Source: Arsenicibacter rosenii (GTDB lineage: Bacteria; Bacteroidota; Bacteroidia; Cytophagales; Spirosomataceae). From it: DNA of 64,000 bases. The notes beneath the pieces were generated by a model. The model saw only the letters and a program-made list of their open reading frames with translations, searched no databases and was not told the DNA's origin. Positions 27,823 through 37,268 of this stretch are shown here, piece by piece (position 1 is the first letter of the stretch; every line of letters starts with the position of its first letter). A program made the translations under genes and the position numbers. The stretch lies in contig NZ_MORL01000005.1 of assembly GCF_001870735.1 (NCBI RefSeq), forward strand, positions 81,736 through 145,735, read 5' to 3'.

Positions 27823-28692
27823 TTGCAGTCCAAACAACACAAAAGGCGTTCAACCTTTCATAAAGAAACATCTAAACACATGGACCATCTCTTTTCCGCC
27901 GAAGGCATTGTCAGTTTATTGACGCTCACCTTTCTGGAAATCGTTCTTGGTATCGACAACATCATTTTCATCTCCATCGCCGCCAATAAGCTTGCTGCCG
28001 GCGATCAGCCCAAAGCCCGGAACATCGGCCTGCTGCTGGCCATGATTTTCCGCGTAGTGCTCCTGTTCGGTATTTCGTACCTGATTGCCCTCTCAGAGCC
28101 GTTTACACACGTTGACCTGGGTTGGTTCAAAGCCGGCTTCACCGGCCAAAGCGTTATTCTGGTGGTTGGCGGGCTGTTCCTGTTGTATAAGGCAACCACC
28201 GAAATTCACCACAAGCTCGAAGGGCACGAAGAAACCCCGGAGCCCGGACAAACCGGCGGTAAAGCCACCATCTCGGGTGTGGTTACCCAAATCGCGATCA
28301 TCAACATCGTATTCTCGATTGACTCGATCCTGACGGCCGTAGGTCTGACCCAGAATATTACGATCATGATCGTGTCCGTAATTCTGTCGATCGGTATCAT
28401 GATGTTCTTTGCCGGCCCGGTCGGTAAGTTCGTCAATGAGCATCCGAGTATTCAGGTATTGGGGCTGGCCTTCCTGATTATGATCGGCTTTATGCTGATA
28501 GCCGAAGGGGCTCACCTGTCAGAAGTTGTTATTTTCAACTCCGAAATTGGTACAGTACCGAAAGGATATCTTTATTTTGCCATTGCGTTCTCGCTAATGG
28601 TCGAATTCCTGAATATGAAGCTGCGTAAATCGCAGAAACCAGTTCAACTTCACGGATACGAAGAGCAGGCGAAACGGGAAGGTATTCTCTAA
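27823..28692 (+). CDS. TerC-family integral membrane protein
   Basis: LTFLEIVLGIDNIIFISI is the TerC signature. Length is 289 aa. Confidence 0.85.
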   Translation: MQSKQHKRRSTFHKETSKHMDHLFSAEGIVSLLTLTFLEIVLGIDNIIFISIAANKLAAGDQPKARNIGLLLAMIFRVVLLFGISYLIALSEPFTHVDLGWFKAGFTGQSVILVVGGLFLLYKATTEIHHKLEGHEETPEPGQTGGKATISGVVTQIAIINIVFSIDSILTAVGLTQNITIMIVSVILSIGIMMFFAGPVGKFVNEHPSIQVLGLAFLIMIGFMLIAEGAHLSEVVIFNSEIGTVPKGYLYFAIAFSLMVEFLNMKLRKSQKPVQLHGYEEQAKREGIL

Positions 28693-28702
28693 CTTTCGTG
28701 GG

Positions 28703-28738
28703 CGAAGAGTGGTGGCAGAAAAACCACTCTTCGTTTTT
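28703..28738 (+). terminator. rho-independent terminator after the TerC gene
   Basis: CGAAGAGTGGT-ggcagaaaa-ACCACTCTTCG followed by TTTTT. Confidence 0.6.
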
Positions 28739-28758
28739 CACGTTTCACTTGTCATACA

Positions 28759-30246
28759 TTGCCGCTGTTAAGCCAACTACAAGACATTTTAAACAGCCTC
28801 GGTGGTTTTCGGCCCGAGTTGTGGCTCACTATTGCCTTTTGTTCTATTCTGATTGCCGAGTTGGTATTGCTCCGCCTGAAAACCGCGCAAGTCCGCCTTT
28901 GGCTCAGCAGTCTGACCATCGTTTTTTTACTGATTGCCGGTTTTCTGGTCATTCAGGGCACGCGTCAGGGATTTTTGTTTCTCCACTTACTGTTCTCCGA
29001 CGATCAGGCCGCTTTTTACAAACTGATCGTTTTACTGGCCGCTGTTCTCGTTATCGGCTACGATCAGCTTACGGATAGTCCGGACCGGAAAGACCGTTTA
29101 CCGGCCGAATGGTATCCGCTTTTGCTAGCCACGGTTCTCGGGTCGTTTTTGCTGACGATGTCGGTCAACCTATTGTCGATTTATCTCAGCCTGGAATTAA
29201 TTTCAATCAGTTCCTACCTGCTGACGGCGCTTACCAAAACCCGCAAAGCCGTCGAAGGCGGAATCAAATACCTGCTCTTTGGTGCCATCAGTTCGGCCAT
29301 TATGCTCTATGGCATGTCGCTGTTATACGGCATCACCGGCACACTCGACATCACCAGCCCTGCCTTCGGCATTGAGCTGGCCAGGAACGAGCCGCTGGTA
29401 GTGGCGGCGGTCGGACTGCTCACGATGGCGGGTTTTCTGTTCAAACTTTCGCTGGTGCCTTTCCACGTCTGGACACCCGATGTCTATGACGCCGCCCCGA
29501 TTCCGGTAGCGGCCTTCTTTTCAATTGCCCCAAAAGCGGCAACTGTGCTGGTGCTGATGCGTATCGTTACGGCCCTGCCCGATGCCGCTCTGGGCTTTGA
29601 TATACAGAGCCCGCTGGCGTTTGTGGCTATTGCCAGCATTACGCTGGGTAACTTCTCGGCCTTGTGGCAGACCGACGCCAAACGCCTGCTGGCCTATTCC
29701 AGCATTGCCCAGGCCGGTTTCCTGATTGTGGGGATTGTGGCCCTGAACAAAACCGGTTTTGAAGCCACAACCTTTTACATGGCCACCTATCTGTTCATCA
29801 ACCTGGCCGCCTTTTTCCTGATCGATTTACTGAGCCGGCAACACAACGGCCGCCTGGCCATTGCCGATCTGGCAGGATTAGGAGCCCGTCAGCCCCTGCT
29901 GTCCATTGCGCTGACAGTGGTTATGATTGCGTTGGTGGGACTTCCGCCCACGGTGGGCTTTACGGCCAAACTGCTGGTCTTTTCGGCCCTTTACGAAGCC
30001 TTTCAGGCTTCGGGTAATAAATGGCTGGCCCTGCTGTTTGGCTGGGGTCTGCTGAATGCCGTCATTTCGCTGGCTTACTACCTCAAAATTCCGTTTCTGC
30101 TCTTTTTCCGGCCATCGCCTGTTGAAGAGACACCTGTTGTAACGGTTTCACCAATAGCGACCGGCCTGGCTGTCGGCCTGGCCCTGCTGAGCGTCTGGTT
30201 TTTCCTCAAACCCGAGTCACTTCTCCAGTGGATCGCACGGTTTTAA
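28759..30246 (+). CDS. NuoN/ND2-like proton-conducting membrane subunit (Proton_antipo_M, PF00361), orphan
   Basis: 14 TM helices, NuoN-like segments (LVGLPPTVGFTAKLLVF, YSSIAQAGF), length 495 aa. No other nuo or mrp genes lie nearby. Confidence 0.7.
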   Translation: MPLLSQLQDILNSLGGFRPELWLTIAFCSILIAELVLLRLKTAQVRLWLSSLTIVFLLIAGFLVIQGTRQGFLFLHLLFSDDQAAFYKLIVLLAAVLVIGYDQLTDSPDRKDRLPAEWYPLLLATVLGSFLLTMSVNLLSIYLSLELISISSYLLTALTKTRKAVEGGIKYLLFGAISSAIMLYGMSLLYGITGTLDITSPAFGIELARNEPLVVAAVGLLTMAGFLFKLSLVPFHVWTPDVYDAAPIPVAAFFSIAPKAATVLVLMRIVTALPDAALGFDIQSPLAFVAIASITLGNFSALWQTDAKRLLAYSSIAQAGFLIVGIVALNKTGFEATTFYMATYLFINLAAFFLIDLLSRQHNGRLAIADLAGLGARQPLLSIALTVVMIALVGLPPTVGFTAKLLVFSALYEAFQASGNKWLALLFGWGLLNAVISLAYYLKIPFLLFFRPSPVEETPVVTVSPIATGLAVGLALLSVWFFLKPESLLQWIARF

Positions 30247-30314
30247 ATCCGGATCAGGCAAATACACTATTCAATCCGCATTCCAATAGTTGTATATTTG
30301 TGTAGACCCTCAAA

Positions 30315-30560
30315 GTGAAATACATGAGTGTAACAGAAGCATTTGGAGATATTGCCAGTCTGATTGCTCAGATGGCTCCAGAGAAAGTAATTAATTTGAA
30401 AGCCTCATCTACTATGTCCGCTCAGGTAGAGGCGTTAATTTCTAAAAAAAAGGAAGGTAGCATAACGCCGGATGAATCCGCTGAACTAGAACGATTTTTA
30501 GGGCTGGACATTTTCATCAGCCTTGCTAAAGCAAGAGCGCGGCTTATTTTACATCAATGA
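30315..30560 (+). CDS. small helical hypothetical protein (81 aa), translationally coupled to the HNH gene
   Basis: ATGA start/stop overlap with the downstream HNH ORF. Low GC. Confidence 0.4.
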   Translation: MKYMSVTEAFGDIASLIAQMAPEKVINLKASSTMSAQVEALISKKKEGSITPDESAELERFLGLDIFISLAKARARLILHQ

Positions 30561-30961
30561 GACAATCTATTCCGGAAAAGGTTCGGCAACAGGTTGTATT
30601 ACGTGCAGGTTCAAGATGCGAGTACTGTCGTATTCACAGTGATGATTTATTTCTGTCTTTTGAGATAGATCATATTATTCCGGTTAAACATGGCGGTAGC
30701 AATGACCTCGACAACCTTGCACTTGCCTGTCCTCACTGTAACCAACATAAAGGTTCCGATTTTGCGACTATTTTGGAGAATGATATTGTCCGCCTGTTTA
30801 ATCCAAGAACAGACAATTGGGATGAGCATTATCAGGTAACTAACGGGCTAATCGCTTCTCACACTAAAATAGGGACTGCGAGTATAAAAATCTTCCGGTT
30901 TAATCATCCCGATTTAGTGATTTTAAGACAGCTACTAATCCAGTTAGGACGGTATCCATAA
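30557..30961 (+). CDS. HNH endonuclease-domain protein (134 aa)
   Basis: CEYCRI ... EIDHIIPVKHGGSNDLDNLALACPHCNQHKG shows the zinc CxxC pairs plus the HNH catalytic His/Asn. Confidence 0.8.
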   Translation: MRQSIPEKVRQQVVLRAGSRCEYCRIHSDDLFLSFEIDHIIPVKHGGSNDLDNLALACPHCNQHKGSDFATILENDIVRLFNPRTDNWDEHYQVTNGLIASHTKIGTASIKIFRFNHPDLVILRQLLIQLGRYP

Positions 30962-31019
30962 AAAACGGGCTGACCAATCGCTGCCGACCGGCCAACCCGC
31001 TCCAGAATGGGTGGATATA

Positions 31020-32981
31020 TTATTCTTTCGGTTCCTTTTCCGAAGCCGGTACAATCGGGACACGGCGAATGTCAGCCGTTTGCTGACGGGTCTCCGTCAA
31101 CTCCAGCAACTTCATGCCCAGCAAACCGCTCAGCGACCCGTCGGTTGAGCTGCCGCCGCTGCCGTTGATGACCACATCCGGAATGATGCGGATATGTCCT
31201 CTGGCAATTTCTTCGGTAATCTTAAAGCGCGTAAAGTTTTCTTCGCCCATGGCTTTCACCTGCAACTCGTAGGCTTCGGCAGTTGAGCGGCCAATGGCCA
31301 GAATCTTCTCCGCTTCGGCCGTACCGGTTTTGGCAATACGCTCGGCCTCGGCATCTGCATTGAGTTTAGTCGACTCGGCTTCGGCGGCCGCACGACGGCG
31401 CGTGGCTTCGGCCTCTGCCTCGGCGCGCAGCTTCGTAGCCTCGGCCTCCGCTCCTACCTGAAGTTTCATACTGCGGGCTTCACCCTCACTTTTCTTCACC
31501 GAAGCATTGGCTGTCCGCTCAGCAATTTCGACACTTTGCTGAGCCTTCACGATTTCGCGCTGCATTTCGGCCAGGGCTGTTTCCCGTTCATACCCCTGCC
31601 GTTTTTCCTGCGCCATCCGCTGTGTTTCGTAGGTTTTTTCTTCTTCCTGCGCCACCTTCCGGTCGGTCAGGGTTTTCATCAGCGCTTCCGGTGGCACAAT
31701 GTCGCCGATCAGCGTATCAACGGCGTTTACGTTATAGATTTCCAATACCCTGCGGATGTGCTCCCGGGCCGATTCCTGCCGCTCTTTACGCGTACTGAGG
31801 AACGATATCACATCCGAATCCTGCGCTGAGTTCCGGAAATAGTTACCGATGGTTGGCTCCAGTACCTGCGACACAAGATTGGTCATGCTCCCGAAACGGG
31901 CAATTACTTTTGGGGCTTCATTAGCCGGAATATGGATAATCTGCGCCACGTCCAGATTGAACGGGAAACCGTCTTTCGACCGGACTGTGATGGTCGACAG
32001 GTTACGGTCAAGTGCGTGGGCTTCTGACCGGGCATTGGCCCAGTTCAGCACAAGGTTCGTGGTCGGCACTTCTTCGACTTTCATCGTGTATGTATTGACC
32101 GGATATTTGCCGGGGCCCAGCGGCTCCATCCAGACCCCGCGAAAGCCTTTCTGTACAATATTCCCGTGCTTAAAGGTATCGCCGGTCAGGTCCTCCCCTT
32201 CTTCACCGATATAGGAGATAACCACCCCCACATGGCCAATCGGGACCTGTGTCATCGGAATCTGTTCAATCTGTACGGCCCACTGATTGATGTAATAAGA
32301 ACCCGCCAGAACTACCTGCGGCTGCAAGCCGCGATTACCGCCATGTTGTAAAAATGTGTCAATATCCTGAAAGTTATTATGTCCCTCAACCTGTTTTCCG
32401 GCAATCTGCCCCGGCATCAGCGGAGCCCCATCCAGCGTGGTAATAATGCCGACCATGTTTTCCTTAATGTCGGTCATCGGCGCCACCGTTACCGCAAAGG
32501 CATAGGTGTTGATGCGGTATGTTCCGGGCGTCAGTACACCGGTCTGGCGTCCTTTCTGCCCGCCACTCGCCAGAAACTGTTCGGTATTCTGGAAATTATC
32601 GCAGGGCACTTTCCGGGCCAGAATATTACCGGTAGGTAGTTCGGCCCCGTCATTCGCCAGTACTAAGCCGATTTTCCCTTCCGGTATCACCGTAAACGGT
32701 TCCATATCGACGCCATACTGCCATGGAAACATCCACCAGTATAAACCAGGCGCCAGCGTCTGCGCCTGATAACCGGCTTCGCCTTTCGTCGCGATAATCC
32801 GGCCGTCGGGTAACTCCCGGTTCGGGCCTACCAGCACGTATTTTTTCGTGACCAGACCAATCCGGTCCTGCGGGACAATGACCATCCCGAACAAAAAGCG
32901 TAATACCCATTTGTACAGCACAAGGGCAATAAGAATGACAGGCAACCAGATCAGGATGCCGCCAAAGGCTAAAAAATCCAT
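31020..32981 (-). CDS. flotillin / SPFH (band 7) family protein with a long C-terminal EA-rich coiled-coil
   Basis: N-terminal TM, an SPFH domain, and a C-terminal run of the repetitive LRAEAEAEATRRRAAAEAESTKLNADAEAE type. Confidence 0.8.
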   Translation of the reverse strand: MDFLAFGGILIWLPVILIALVLYKWVLRFLFGMVIVPQDRIGLVTKKYVLVGPNRELPDGRIIATKGEAGYQAQTLAPGLYWWMFPWQYGVDMEPFTVIPEGKIGLVLANDGAELPTGNILARKVPCDNFQNTEQFLASGGQKGRQTGVLTPGTYRINTYAFAVTVAPMTDIKENMVGIITTLDGAPLMPGQIAGKQVEGHNNFQDIDTFLQHGGNRGLQPQVVLAGSYYINQWAVQIEQIPMTQVPIGHVGVVISYIGEEGEDLTGDTFKHGNIVQKGFRGVWMEPLGPGKYPVNTYTMKVEEVPTTNLVLNWANARSEAHALDRNLSTITVRSKDGFPFNLDVAQIIHIPANEAPKVIARFGSMTNLVSQVLEPTIGNYFRNSAQDSDVISFLSTRKERQESAREHIRRVLEIYNVNAVDTLIGDIVPPEALMKTLTDRKVAQEEEKTYETQRMAQEKRQGYERETALAEMQREIVKAQQSVEIAERTANASVKKSEGEARSMKLQVGAEAEATKLRAEAEAEATRRRAAAEAESTKLNADAEAERIAKTGTAEAEKILAIGRSTAEAYELQVKAMGEENFTRFKITEEIARGHIRIIPDVVINGSGGSSTDGSLSGLLGMKLLELTETRQQTADIRRVPIVPASEKEPKE

Positions 32982-33251
32982 TGTAATTGTGTTTGTGGTT
33001 TAGTTGGAAAATGTGCGCGCAACAATGATCAGTAATCCGGTGATTACTGTTTGAGCAAAAGCAAATTCGGCATTCGGAGAATCAGAAACGAGCCTGAGGC
33101 TCTGTGTTTTAGCGAGCGGCTACATCGGTGCAGGGCAGTTGTGCTTGATTGACGGATCAAAAGTAGCAGACCCGCCAACACACCTCCACGAAATTAGGAT
33201 GACTGGCCCCCGTCAGGCCGGACTGGCAGCCGGGCCATGATGAATGGTAAA

Positions 33252-34748
33252 CTACAGCGAGCGCGTTACATTGAAGAAAATACCGGTCTGCCCCTGCCGG
33301 TTAACGGAATAACTGAACCGGCCTACTACATTGTAGAACGTCACCACATCCAGACCGAGCCCTGTGCTATACAACAGTTTATTAGCCAGCCGGCTTTCGT
33401 ACTGCGCCGCTACATTGCTGCGGATGTAGCCCAGATCACCGAATAAGGTCAGGTAAGCAGCAAGCGGCAGGGTATTAAACTGACGGACAGGCACCCAGGA
33501 CAGTTGTTTACGGACGTTGAACAGCTGGTAGCGCAGGCTGTTCCGCATAAGGCCCATATGCTGCCCGTCTATAACATAGAGTTCATAGCCCCGCATCACA
33601 TTCGGACCAATACCGATACCGCGTAAAGAGCTGTAGGGCTGCCGCTTACCGAGTGTGAGCTGCCCCTGTAAACCAACTCCATAATAAAGTGGCCCCCTTA
33701 CCGGTAAAAAGCGGCTGTAGTCAGCATTCAGGCTGGTCACGCTCCAGTTGGCCCCGGAAAAAAGCCCCGATTGCCCTACCGATACCTGAAACACTTTCCC
33801 TCTCAACGGGTAAGCTACATTATCGCGCTTATCATAGCGATAGGTGTAACTGAGCGACAGATAACGCTGGTGATTATTGCCATCCAGATAGTAGCCGGGG
33901 TTTAGGCTGGCTACCGTATCGGCAATCCAGTTGCGGACATAGCGGACTTCAAACCCATTGTAATTGTAGAAGCTATTCCGGTAGGTTAGGGTAAAGCCGG
34001 CATTAAACCGTTCCCGTAACGTGCGTTCAGCGCGCGTATATACCCACTTATCAGCCTGCGTACGATAGGAAACGTCCTTGTTTGTTGAATAAGACAGATC
34101 GAAACGCATCCCGGTCCGCTGTGCCTTATCCAGATATGGCAGCTGGTAAGTCAGGGCGGCCCGCCGGGTAAACCCTGATTCAAGGGCTACATTCAGCCGG
34201 TCGCCGTTGCCGGTCAGGTTCCGGTGGCTCAGATACCCGCCATACACGGTCCGGCGCAGGTCACGCCCCCGCTCATACCACCACTCATTAAAATTCCGGT
34301 CGGCAATATCAAAAACGGGAAAGGCAAAGAGATACCAGCGTTCTTTCAACACCACTTCTACATCGACCGGCTGGATGGCGCCGGGCGGTATCACCGGCTT
34401 GTATTCAAAATCGGGATTGGTCACACAGGCATCCACATCAACGGTAACGAAGAGATTTGTGTTGTTGATATTGCGCTGGCTCCAGGTCAGTTTTTCCGCC
34501 AGCTGACTTACACGCAGGGTATCGCCCACGTGCACGGCCATTTCCCGCAGCACAATACGGGTCCGGGTCCGGAAATTACCGGTAAGCCTGACCGACCGGA
34601 CAATAACCAGCGAATCGTTTACGGGCGTGGCCTGCCGGGTTTCCTGTACAATAGCCGAAACAGGTGTTGTTTCCTTTATACGTACGGTATCCGCCAACCC
34701 TCCAACCCTCAAATTCCCACAAATGAATAACGCAGTAAATAAAAGCAT
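33252..34748 (-). CDS. Omp85 (BamA/TamA) family outer membrane protein, single POTRA + beta-barrel
   Basis: Signal peptide, a POTRA-like VRSVRLTGNFRTRTRIVLREMAVHVGDTL segment, and a beta-strand-rich C-terminus ending in F-containing strands. Confidence 0.6.
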   Translation of the reverse strand: MLLFTALFICGNLRVGGLADTVRIKETTPVSAIVQETRQATPVNDSLVIVRSVRLTGNFRTRTRIVLREMAVHVGDTLRVSQLAEKLTWSQRNINNTNLFVTVDVDACVTNPDFEYKPVIPPGAIQPVDVEVVLKERWYLFAFPVFDIADRNFNEWWYERGRDLRRTVYGGYLSHRNLTGNGDRLNVALESGFTRRAALTYQLPYLDKAQRTGMRFDLSYSTNKDVSYRTQADKWVYTRAERTLRERFNAGFTLTYRNSFYNYNGFEVRYVRNWIADTVASLNPGYYLDGNNHQRYLSLSYTYRYDKRDNVAYPLRGKVFQVSVGQSGLFSGANWSVTSLNADYSRFLPVRGPLYYGVGLQGQLTLGKRQPYSSLRGIGIGPNVMRGYELYVIDGQHMGLMRNSLRYQLFNVRKQLSWVPVRQFNTLPLAAYLTLFGDLGYIRSNVAAQYESRLANKLLYSTGLGLDVVTFYNVVGRFSYSVNRQGQTGIFFNVTRSL

Positions 34749-34918
34749 TTCACAAGTTACGTTTGGTTACAGTATTTATCAAAAATAACCTTTTCTTTAA
34801 ATTTTAGCGTACTTTTTCTTTAAATCCTGCAATCAGGTTCGTATACTTGTTCAGTATTCTCCTACCTAACAATCTGTGAAGTTGTCAGCTTAGCTGTTTG
34901 AACTGCTTTACACCGTAA

Positions 34919-36268
34919 ATGATGAAAAACAAACCCAGACTAACGTTTTGGCAAATCTGGAACATGAGTTTCGGATTCCTTGGAATTCAATATGGCTTTG
35001 GCTTACAGCAGGCCAACATGAGTCCTATCTTCCGCTACCTCAATGCCGATGAAGCTGCCATTCCGGCCCTTTGGCTGGCCGGCCCGATGACGGGCTTACT
35101 GGTTCAGCCGGTTATTGGTGCCCTCAGCGACCGTACGTGGTCGCCGCGCTGGGGTCGCCGGAAACCTTTTTTCCTGACGGGGGCAATCCTGACCAGTATT
35201 GCCCTGATCCTGATGCCTAATTCAACCCACCTCTGGATGGCTGCCAGTCTGATGTGGATCATGGACGCGGGCCTGAATGTAACCATGGAGCCCTTCCGCG
35301 CCTTCATCGGTGATAAGCTAAATGTAGAACAGCGGACCATGGGTTTTGCCGTACAAAGTTTCTTTGTGGGCTTTGGTCAGACCCTCGCGAACCTCATGCC
35401 GTATATTCTGCCCGTTTTCGGCCTGACGATGGTGGCATCGGGTAACAACAACATTCCCGACTTCGTACGCTACTCTTTTTACATTGGCGCCATTGCCATG
35501 GTCGGTGCGGTGCTGTGGACAGTCTATACTACCGATGAATATCCGCCGGACGACATGGCCGAATTTGAGCGCCAGAAGCGTGAAGGCGGCGGGGTTGCCG
35601 GTGCTTTCACCGAAGTGGTACACGCCCTGCGCGAAATGCCGTCTACCATGAAACAGCTCTGGTGGGTAAAGTTTTTTACCTGGTATGGCTTACCCCTTAT
35701 GTGGCAGTATCTGTCACTGGCCATTGCCCGGCACTCGTTCGATGCAACCAGCACCAGTTCCCCCGGCTTTGCCGAAGGTACCAAATGGAGTAACCTTTGC
35801 TTTGCCTTATTCAATGTCGGCTGCTTCGGCATTTCGTTTCTGCTGCCCTCCATTTCAGACAAAATCGGCCGTCGTGCAACCCACGCGCTGTTCCTTGTCC
35901 TTGGCGGTCTGGGTTTTGTATCGATGCTGTTCTCGAATGACAAGAACATTTTTGCATTCGGCATGACACTGGTCGGCCTTGCCTGGGGTTCAATCATGTC
36001 GATGCCGTATGTCATGCTGTCGAACTCCGTTCCACAGGAACGGATGGGGGTGTATATGGGCATCTTCAATGGCTTTATTGTGGTGCCGCAGATTGTCAAT
36101 ATGATTACGATTCCGTTCCTATACGATAGCCTCCTGGGCAGCGATCCGCGAAATGCGCTCGTGCTTTGCGGTGTATGCTTATTTTTAGCGGCCGGGGCGT
36201 GTTTCCTGGTGAAAGAAGACAGTAAAAGCGAAAAAGCAGCATTCCCCATCGGAGCAGGCGGCCACTGA
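34919..36268 (+). CDS. MFS transporter, GPH/SLC45-like sugar (sucrose-type) symporter
   Basis: RTWSPRWGRRKPFFL is the GPH/SLC45 loop 2-3 signature. 12 TM helices. Confidence 0.75.
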   Translation: MMKNKPRLTFWQIWNMSFGFLGIQYGFGLQQANMSPIFRYLNADEAAIPALWLAGPMTGLLVQPVIGALSDRTWSPRWGRRKPFFLTGAILTSIALILMPNSTHLWMAASLMWIMDAGLNVTMEPFRAFIGDKLNVEQRTMGFAVQSFFVGFGQTLANLMPYILPVFGLTMVASGNNNIPDFVRYSFYIGAIAMVGAVLWTVYTTDEYPPDDMAEFERQKREGGGVAGAFTEVVHALREMPSTMKQLWWVKFFTWYGLPLMWQYLSLAIARHSFDATSTSSPGFAEGTKWSNLCFALFNVGCFGISFLLPSISDKIGRRATHALFLVLGGLGFVSMLFSNDKNIFAFGMTLVGLAWGSIMSMPYVMLSNSVPQERMGVYMGIFNGFIVVPQIVNMITIPFLYDSLLGSDPRNALVLCGVCLFLAAGACFLVKEDSKSEKAAFPIGAGGH

Positions 36269-36273
36269 GAGTA

Positions 36274-37194
36274 ATGGAAAACAGAAATTATCAGCTTATT
36301 GCTGTTGGTGAACTTCTGGTCGATTTGATTGGCCACGAGGTCGCCAACAGCCTTTTTGACACACGGGACTATCACCGCTATCAGGGCGGAAGCCCCGCAA
36401 ACATGGCGGCCAATATGGCGCGTCTGGGCAATAAAGCCGCCCTTGTTGCCTGCGTCGGCGACGATAATCTCGGTACTTACCTGACCCAACGCGTCGGCGA
36501 AGCCGGTGTCGACACGCAGTTTATTGCCCGCGACCCGGAAGCGCCCAGCAGCATTGTCATTGTATCACGGACAAAAGGTACGCCTGATTTCATTGCCTAT
36601 CGGGAAGCCGACCGCATGATCCGGCCGGAGCATATTCCGGACACATTGCTGGCTCAGGCGTCTATTTTTCATACGACCTGTTTTGCTCTCAGCCGGCAAC
36701 CCGCCCAGGATGCCATTGTTGATGCGGCGCAACGTGCCTGTAAAGCAGGTTGCCAGGTAAGTATCGACGCTAATTACGCCCCAACGATCTGGCCGGACCG
36801 CGAAGGTGCCAAACGTATCCTGAAAAGCTATTGCTCAGCCAATGCGCTGGTTAAACTAAGCGAAGATGATGCCGCCCGACTTTATGGGAGTCCGCAAACG
36901 CCGGAACGCATCATCGGCGATTTTCACGACATGGGCGCCGCATTGGTCTGCCTGACATTGGGCGGCGATGGCAGCTGGGTTTCGTATGATTACGGAAAAG
37001 AAAAGGTCCGGATTCAGGCAAAGCCCATCGAGGTAATTGATGCAACCGGAGCCGGTGACGCCTATTGGGCCGGCTTTTTAACGGCATGGATCGGCGGCCG
37101 GACACCCGAGCAGTGCGCACACGCAGCAGCATGGGTTGCCGAACAAAAACTGACCCGGAAAGGTCCTCTGCCTACCGGCCTGCAGCTTCCATAA
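36274..37194 (+). CDS. PfkB-family carbohydrate kinase (fructokinase-like)
   Basis: N-terminal GELLVD GG motif and a C-terminal DATGAGDAY anion-hole motif. Confidence 0.8.
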   Translation: MENRNYQLIAVGELLVDLIGHEVANSLFDTRDYHRYQGGSPANMAANMARLGNKAALVACVGDDNLGTYLTQRVGEAGVDTQFIARDPEAPSSIVIVSRTKGTPDFIAYREADRMIRPEHIPDTLLAQASIFHTTCFALSRQPAQDAIVDAAQRACKAGCQVSIDANYAPTIWPDREGAKRILKSYCSANALVKLSEDDAARLYGSPQTPERIIGDFHDMGAALVCLTLGGDGSWVSYDYGKEKVRIQAKPIEVIDATGAGDAYWAGFLTAWIGGRTPEQCAHAAAWVAEQKLTRKGPLPTGLQLP

Positions 37195-37203
37195 TCCCAG
37201 CTT

Positions 37204-37258
37204 ATCCCATGGCGGGTCCGCCGACAAAATGATGCTGTCGGCGGACCCGCCATGGGAT
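37204..37258. terminator. Perfect 23-bp stem hairpin between convergent genes (bidirectional terminator)
   Basis: ATCCCATGGCGGGTCCGCCGACA-aaatgatgc-TGTCGGCGGACCCGCCATGGGAT. Confidence 0.6.
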
Positions 37259-37268
37259 ACTTTACCGG

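Noticed and set aside
32982-33251. Possible small RNA in the 270-bp spacer between the flotillin and Omp85-family genes
   Set aside because: Only a short GGCCGG-based hairpin (about 33205-33235) is visible, consistent with a terminator for the upstream minus-strand gene. There is no extended structure or conservation that I can judge from a single sequence.
35524-36489. 321-aa minus-strand ORF spanning the MFS / fructokinase junction
   Set aside because: Antisense to two strongly supported genes, with no family resemblance and an Arg/Pro/Ser-rich composition.
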